Source: Balanoglossus misakiensis
Lineage: Eukaryota > Animalia > Hemichordata
Assembly: GCA_040954595.2 (NCBI GenBank)
Contig: CM082579.2
Coordinates: forward strand, 9,475,625-9,539,624
Direction: 5' to 3'
DNA length: 64,000 nucleotides
Part shown: positions 60,091 through 64,000 of the stretch, in pieces
Position numbering within the stretch: position 1 is the stretch's first letter
How the letters are laid out: every line of letters starts with the position of its first letter
Notes under the pieces: generated by a model
The model's input: only the letters and a program-made list of their open reading frames with translations
Database searches by the model: none
What the model was told of the DNA's origin: nothing
Translations under genes and position numbers: made by a program

Positions 60091-62493
60091 CTACAGACTA
60101 CAGTAGACATTACTGCCGCCCCGTTTCTGTGGCGGATACCACTTAAAATTATCGAAGGCTACGTGTACTTCTCGGCCCCGGTTGTCGATAAAGTCGTACA
60201 TGCAGTCAGATTTTCGGGCATATCTCATTTCCCCCGCGTCATAAAATTGCATCCACTCTTTCCCCAGCACTTCGTCATTCGGGTCACGTGATTCCTCCGG
60301 AGGGGACAGGTGCACATCTTGTGGCCGCGCGCAGAAAACCGTGTCTCTGCCGAAGTAAAACCTGTGCCCTTCCGCGGGCCGCACTCGTTGGTCGACGTAC
60401 ACGTGGTCCTGCTTCACGGGTATCAGCGACTCGCTGTTTGTCACGTAGCAGTTGATCCAAGTCGGCAGATTTTTACAGACGATCGCCCCCTTAGAATGGC
60501 GCGGAACGAACGGCAGGCAGAAACACTCCAAAACGCGGTAGGAGTTGACGATGTACGCGCGAGACTTATGCACAAATGTGTAATACATGAGCATGATGAG
60601 GACCCCCAGCAAGGTGGAACCGATGACAACGATCAACACGGGGGTGTCGTAGTGGCTGACAGTTTCACTCAAGAAATACCACAAAAGAATCATGGTGATG
60701 TTCTCAACGACGTACACGACGTAGTATTGCAGCATGGCCCCCTGGACTCGCTTCTTGTTGCTGACATGAAAATAGAGAAATATGCAGAAAATGCTGTTGG
60801 TGACGAGGCGGACGTAGCGAACGTCCTTGAGGATCCCGCGGTACAGTTTGTAGTAGAGCGAGCGACCGAAGACCAGAAGCCAGTGAAGACCGAGCACTAA
60901 AATCACATAGTAATGGAAAGCGATGGTGAAGTACACCAGCGTCAACGATCTGGCGGCCAGCAGGAGACCTTTGTAGACAAATATGAAGAATATCTGTACG
61001 GCCTCGGCGCGCGTCTTGTAATCCCTGCCGTGGAAAACGATCTGAATTTCCCGGAAGTACCTCTCGGGGCTGGTCACTCCCCAGACCAGCGTGAGAAACG
61101 AAAGTATTGCACTGATGTACTGGACGTACGAGTTATTGTGATACTTGACGATGACATACAGGTTAATAAGTAGCTGCGGCAAAGACTCTGTTAGGCTCTC
61201 CATCATCCACAGTCTGAAGAGCGCCTCGTCCTCGTACTTTAAATCCAGATACTTCTCCTGCACCTCGTTCTCGGCCAGATCGTAGGCAACCTTGCCAGCA
61301 TTCACCAGTCTTTCGTGGCGTCGCTGAAATTCCCTCTCATCCTTGTCGCTGGTGACGTACCGATACCAACGTCTGCCGAAATTGTGAGCGAGCACAAACC
61401 GCCGACCGAACACGGCACACTGCATTACAAACGCGTTGAGGAACAAATGAAGAATGTTATTGCATAGAACGCTTTCACACCTCGCCTTTAGGCCTCTTGT
61501 TGCGCCGCTCTCGTCTTCTGCCGTCTCGTCTTGGATTTGCCCGTTGGGGGCCTTTTCAACACATGCTGCGCCCTCGTCCCTCTCCCCCTCGTTGCTGTGA
61601 TTACTGACCGTCTCAACGCGTATCTGTACCAGACTTTCTACGGTCCTCAGCGTCTTGACATCGTCCTTGGACCCCGACAGCTGCCCGGAGCGATAATAGA
61701 CGTATGATGGCGCCCTGCATGTTCCCTTCCCGTCGGCCTCGTCAGCATCGCTTTCTTCCCCCGCGGCCAGGTTGTCGTCCTTTGCAAGAATCAGCTCGGA
61801 ATTTTCGTTCGATTCTTTATCGCAGACATTGGCACCACCTACAATCTCTCCGGGATTGTTTCGGAGACCGTCAGAATATTCTCCCCTCATATCGTGGTCA
61901 TTTCTACCGACAGTTTCGATCTGGTGACAGTCCGACTCGCCTCTTTTGACTTCAGACTCTATGTGCACGGAATATACCGACACTTGCGACACGCTCCGTA
62001 CGGTACACGCCCGCGCCCGTTGGGGACTGCTCCGATCCCGGCCATAACCGTGCGACGGAGTCAGTGTCGGCGTTTTCAGCAACGCGTCATTCTCTTCCTT
62101 CTCGTTCGAAGGTCGAAACTGGTGGGCCATCGTCTCGGCGTCTATCCTGCTCCCACGATCTTCGTCCAAGTCTCCCGATCGACTTTCCGCCTCCTCCTCC
62201 CCTCCCCTCTTCGGTGCCCCCTTCTTGCGTTTCCGCTTCTCGATGCTCGCCTCCGCCTCCTCGTCGCCGACGGCAATGAAGTCGATCTCGCAAAAATCGG
62301 CGATGCCGACCAGGGCGGCGGGCAAGAAGATGAATATGATGGCCAATATGAACGACACGTACCATCCCTGTTTGTAGTAGCGGATGCACGTCAGCACGTC
62401 GAAGATAACGTCGGACATGACCAGCATCGCCGATCCGTAATACCACAGCACGTCGATGAAGAGCCACGCGCTGTAAGGTACACACGCCGCCAT
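60091..62493 (-). CDS. XKR-like: XK-related protein (XKR/CED-8 phospholipid scramblase family), single coding exon, 800 aa
   Basis: XK-family motifs: TM1 SDVIFDVLTCIRYY, MESLTESLPQLLINLY, YYVVYVVENITMILLWY, MLMYYTFVH. Long GC-rich ORF. Probable 5'-UTR acceptor (TTTTCAG on minus) near 62634. Confidence 0.88.
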   Translation of the reverse strand: MAACVPYSAWLFIDVLWYYGSAMLVMSDVIFDVLTCIRYYKQGWYVSFILAIIFIFLPAALVGIADFCEIDFIAVGDEEAEASIEKRKRKKGAPKRGGEEEAESRSGDLDEDRGSRIDAETMAHQFRPSNEKEENDALLKTPTLTPSHGYGRDRSSPQRARACTVRSVSQVSVYSVHIESEVKRGESDCHQIETVGRNDHDMRGEYSDGLRNNPGEIVGGANVCDKESNENSELILAKDDNLAAGEESDADEADGKGTCRAPSYVYYRSGQLSGSKDDVKTLRTVESLVQIRVETVSNHSNEGERDEGAACVEKAPNGQIQDETAEDESGATRGLKARCESVLCNNILHLFLNAFVMQCAVFGRRFVLAHNFGRRWYRYVTSDKDEREFQRRHERLVNAGKVAYDLAENEVQEKYLDLKYEDEALFRLWMMESLTESLPQLLINLYVIVKYHNNSYVQYISAILSFLTLVWGVTSPERYFREIQIVFHGRDYKTRAEAVQIFFIFVYKGLLLAARSLTLVYFTIAFHYYVILVLGLHWLLVFGRSLYYKLYRGILKDVRYVRLVTNSIFCIFLYFHVSNKKRVQGAMLQYYVVYVVENITMILLWYFLSETVSHYDTPVLIVVIGSTLLGVLIMLMYYTFVHKSRAYIVNSYRVLECFCLPFVPRHSKGAIVCKNLPTWINCYVTNSESLIPVKQDHVYVDQRVRPAEGHRFYFGRDTVFCARPQDVHLSPPEESRDPNDEVLGKEWMQFYDAGEMRYARKSDCMYDFIDNRGREVHVAFDNFKWYPPQKRGGSNVYCSL

Positions 62494-64000
62494 GTTGTTT
62501 TTGAGGCGACGACACAGGTGTCAGAACAAGACGCACTGTGATGAATCACATTTTCTGTTAAATTTTCACTAAAATCGGCCGTCGGACCCATCAATGGTGG
62601 CCGTATATATACGTCGACGATTAGGTCTTTTCTCTGAAAACAAAACAGGGTAGAGGGCATATTATAATTATGCGGTAGTCATGGGCACGAAAGCATGTTG
62701 TCTTACAAAAGTTTTTACAAAGAGATTTTCATAATTATCGATGGTACACACAAAACGCACCACAACTGTTCCTGACCCGCGGTTACTGGGGTGAGTTTAT
62801 TTGTACCCCGACTGTTTGATAGTGGTCGCAAACAGTCCGTGTTATGTGCGCTTGGGTCATAGCTCCCTTATAGCCTATCAGATGAACTATTTCATTTACC
62901 ATGATAGGGGATGACACCAGTAGCCTATTATACAAATATGACAGACTAACGGTATTTTTGTGCCGTTACCCAGTACATAATTAATTATAAGCGCTAAATC
63001 ACACTGCCCGCAGAAGAATTCTGAACAACGCAGAGGTCACTGACCCGCTCATTCCGATTAAACTACATTTGTCACGACTCAATAAATCATAAGCATTTAT
63101 AATGTAACCATATTAATAACTAAGCCGCCTGTCCGATTCACACAGAAACCAATTCAATAAGCGAATACACTGAAATGTAATACTAGTAGGCCTATACCGT
63201 AAACAATTCAAACGAAGCTGAGCCATTTTAATATTGGTTGACATAACGATATAATTTTCGCAACTAGTTCAATCCGTTTACAATCAGATGTAGGCCCTAT
63301 AACTCGCCTGACATTTGTCGGTTCTTTGCGCGCTGGTCTGTACTCGGATAGAGAGCGAACATCGAGAACAGAACTGAACAGCAGAGAAGCAGCAGATTGT
63401 ATTGATTGGCCCAACTCTATATCGGATTGTAATCATCAGAGGGCCCCTATATTTGCCCAATTTCCAGCAAAAAATGGTTCACGTATCCGCCTAGCGAGGG
63501 AGTACATAGGCTGGCTGGCCAATAAACGTAGTAATGATGGTAATGTTAACGACAGTATGACATGACTGAAAGTTTGGAGGTTGGTATACTTGACACCCCC
63601 CCCCCCCACTTATTCGAAGATGGCAAAAGTGATTATACAATTATAGTCGTCTCTCCACAATATAGCTGCGAGGAACTGTGTGCCCTTTGAACAATTCTAA
63701 CAGTGATGGAGATGTGAGAAACACAGAGATGCCAGGTCCAGGTTACTATAGAGGGCGTTTGTATGGACGAGTTACCACTTTATTGTTTGACAAGTACACA
63801 GCTTCCCTTTCCTGTGACCTTGTGTGTTGACCTTTTTATAGACTTTGCGATGTGTAATATCACATTCCCCTAATCATTAATTTCCTTCTGTTTCGAGAAT
63901 TATCATGGACTCTATATTTAGCGCAATTATGAGCCATAGACTCTCACTGTTATTTTCACCACCCAAAATGTAAATCAAATGCGCTAATCTCCTTCCTGTC

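Noticed and set aside
60310-62541. Long plus-strand ORFs (196 and 215 aa) overlapping XKR
   Set aside because: Antisense shadows of a GC-rich coding strand with no recognisable motifs.

Overview
This is eukaryotic, intron-rich animal DNA; the gene and repeat content suggests a marine invertebrate, but that is inference. I rebuilt the spliced genes by hand from splice sites and reading phase. Left half, all on the minus strand: two divergent SLC13/DASS Na+-coupled carboxylate/sulfate transporter paralogues (gene A is 3'-truncated by the window edge; gene B is complete, 14 exons, 599 aa, one GC-AG intron) flank a 4-exon histamine N-methyltransferase-like gene (305 aa). Head-to-head with SLC13 gene B, a ~33.7 kb tandem array holds 11 intact EamA/DMT (SLC35G-like) 10-TM transporter genes. 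Each has a single coding exon and a predicted 5'-UTR intron. The copies are mosaics with interchangeable variable TM segments and near-invariant scaffolds, and the array shows a higher-order duplication. A single-exon 800-aa XK-related (scramblase-family) gene converges on the array. Also present are several MITEs, three tiny TAG...CTA hairpin insertions with 9-10 bp target-site duplications, and microsatellites. The main candidate system is a small-molecule transport/modification cluster (2x SLC13 with altered ligand motifs, an N-methyltransferase and a diversifying DMT array); its function is a hypothesis.
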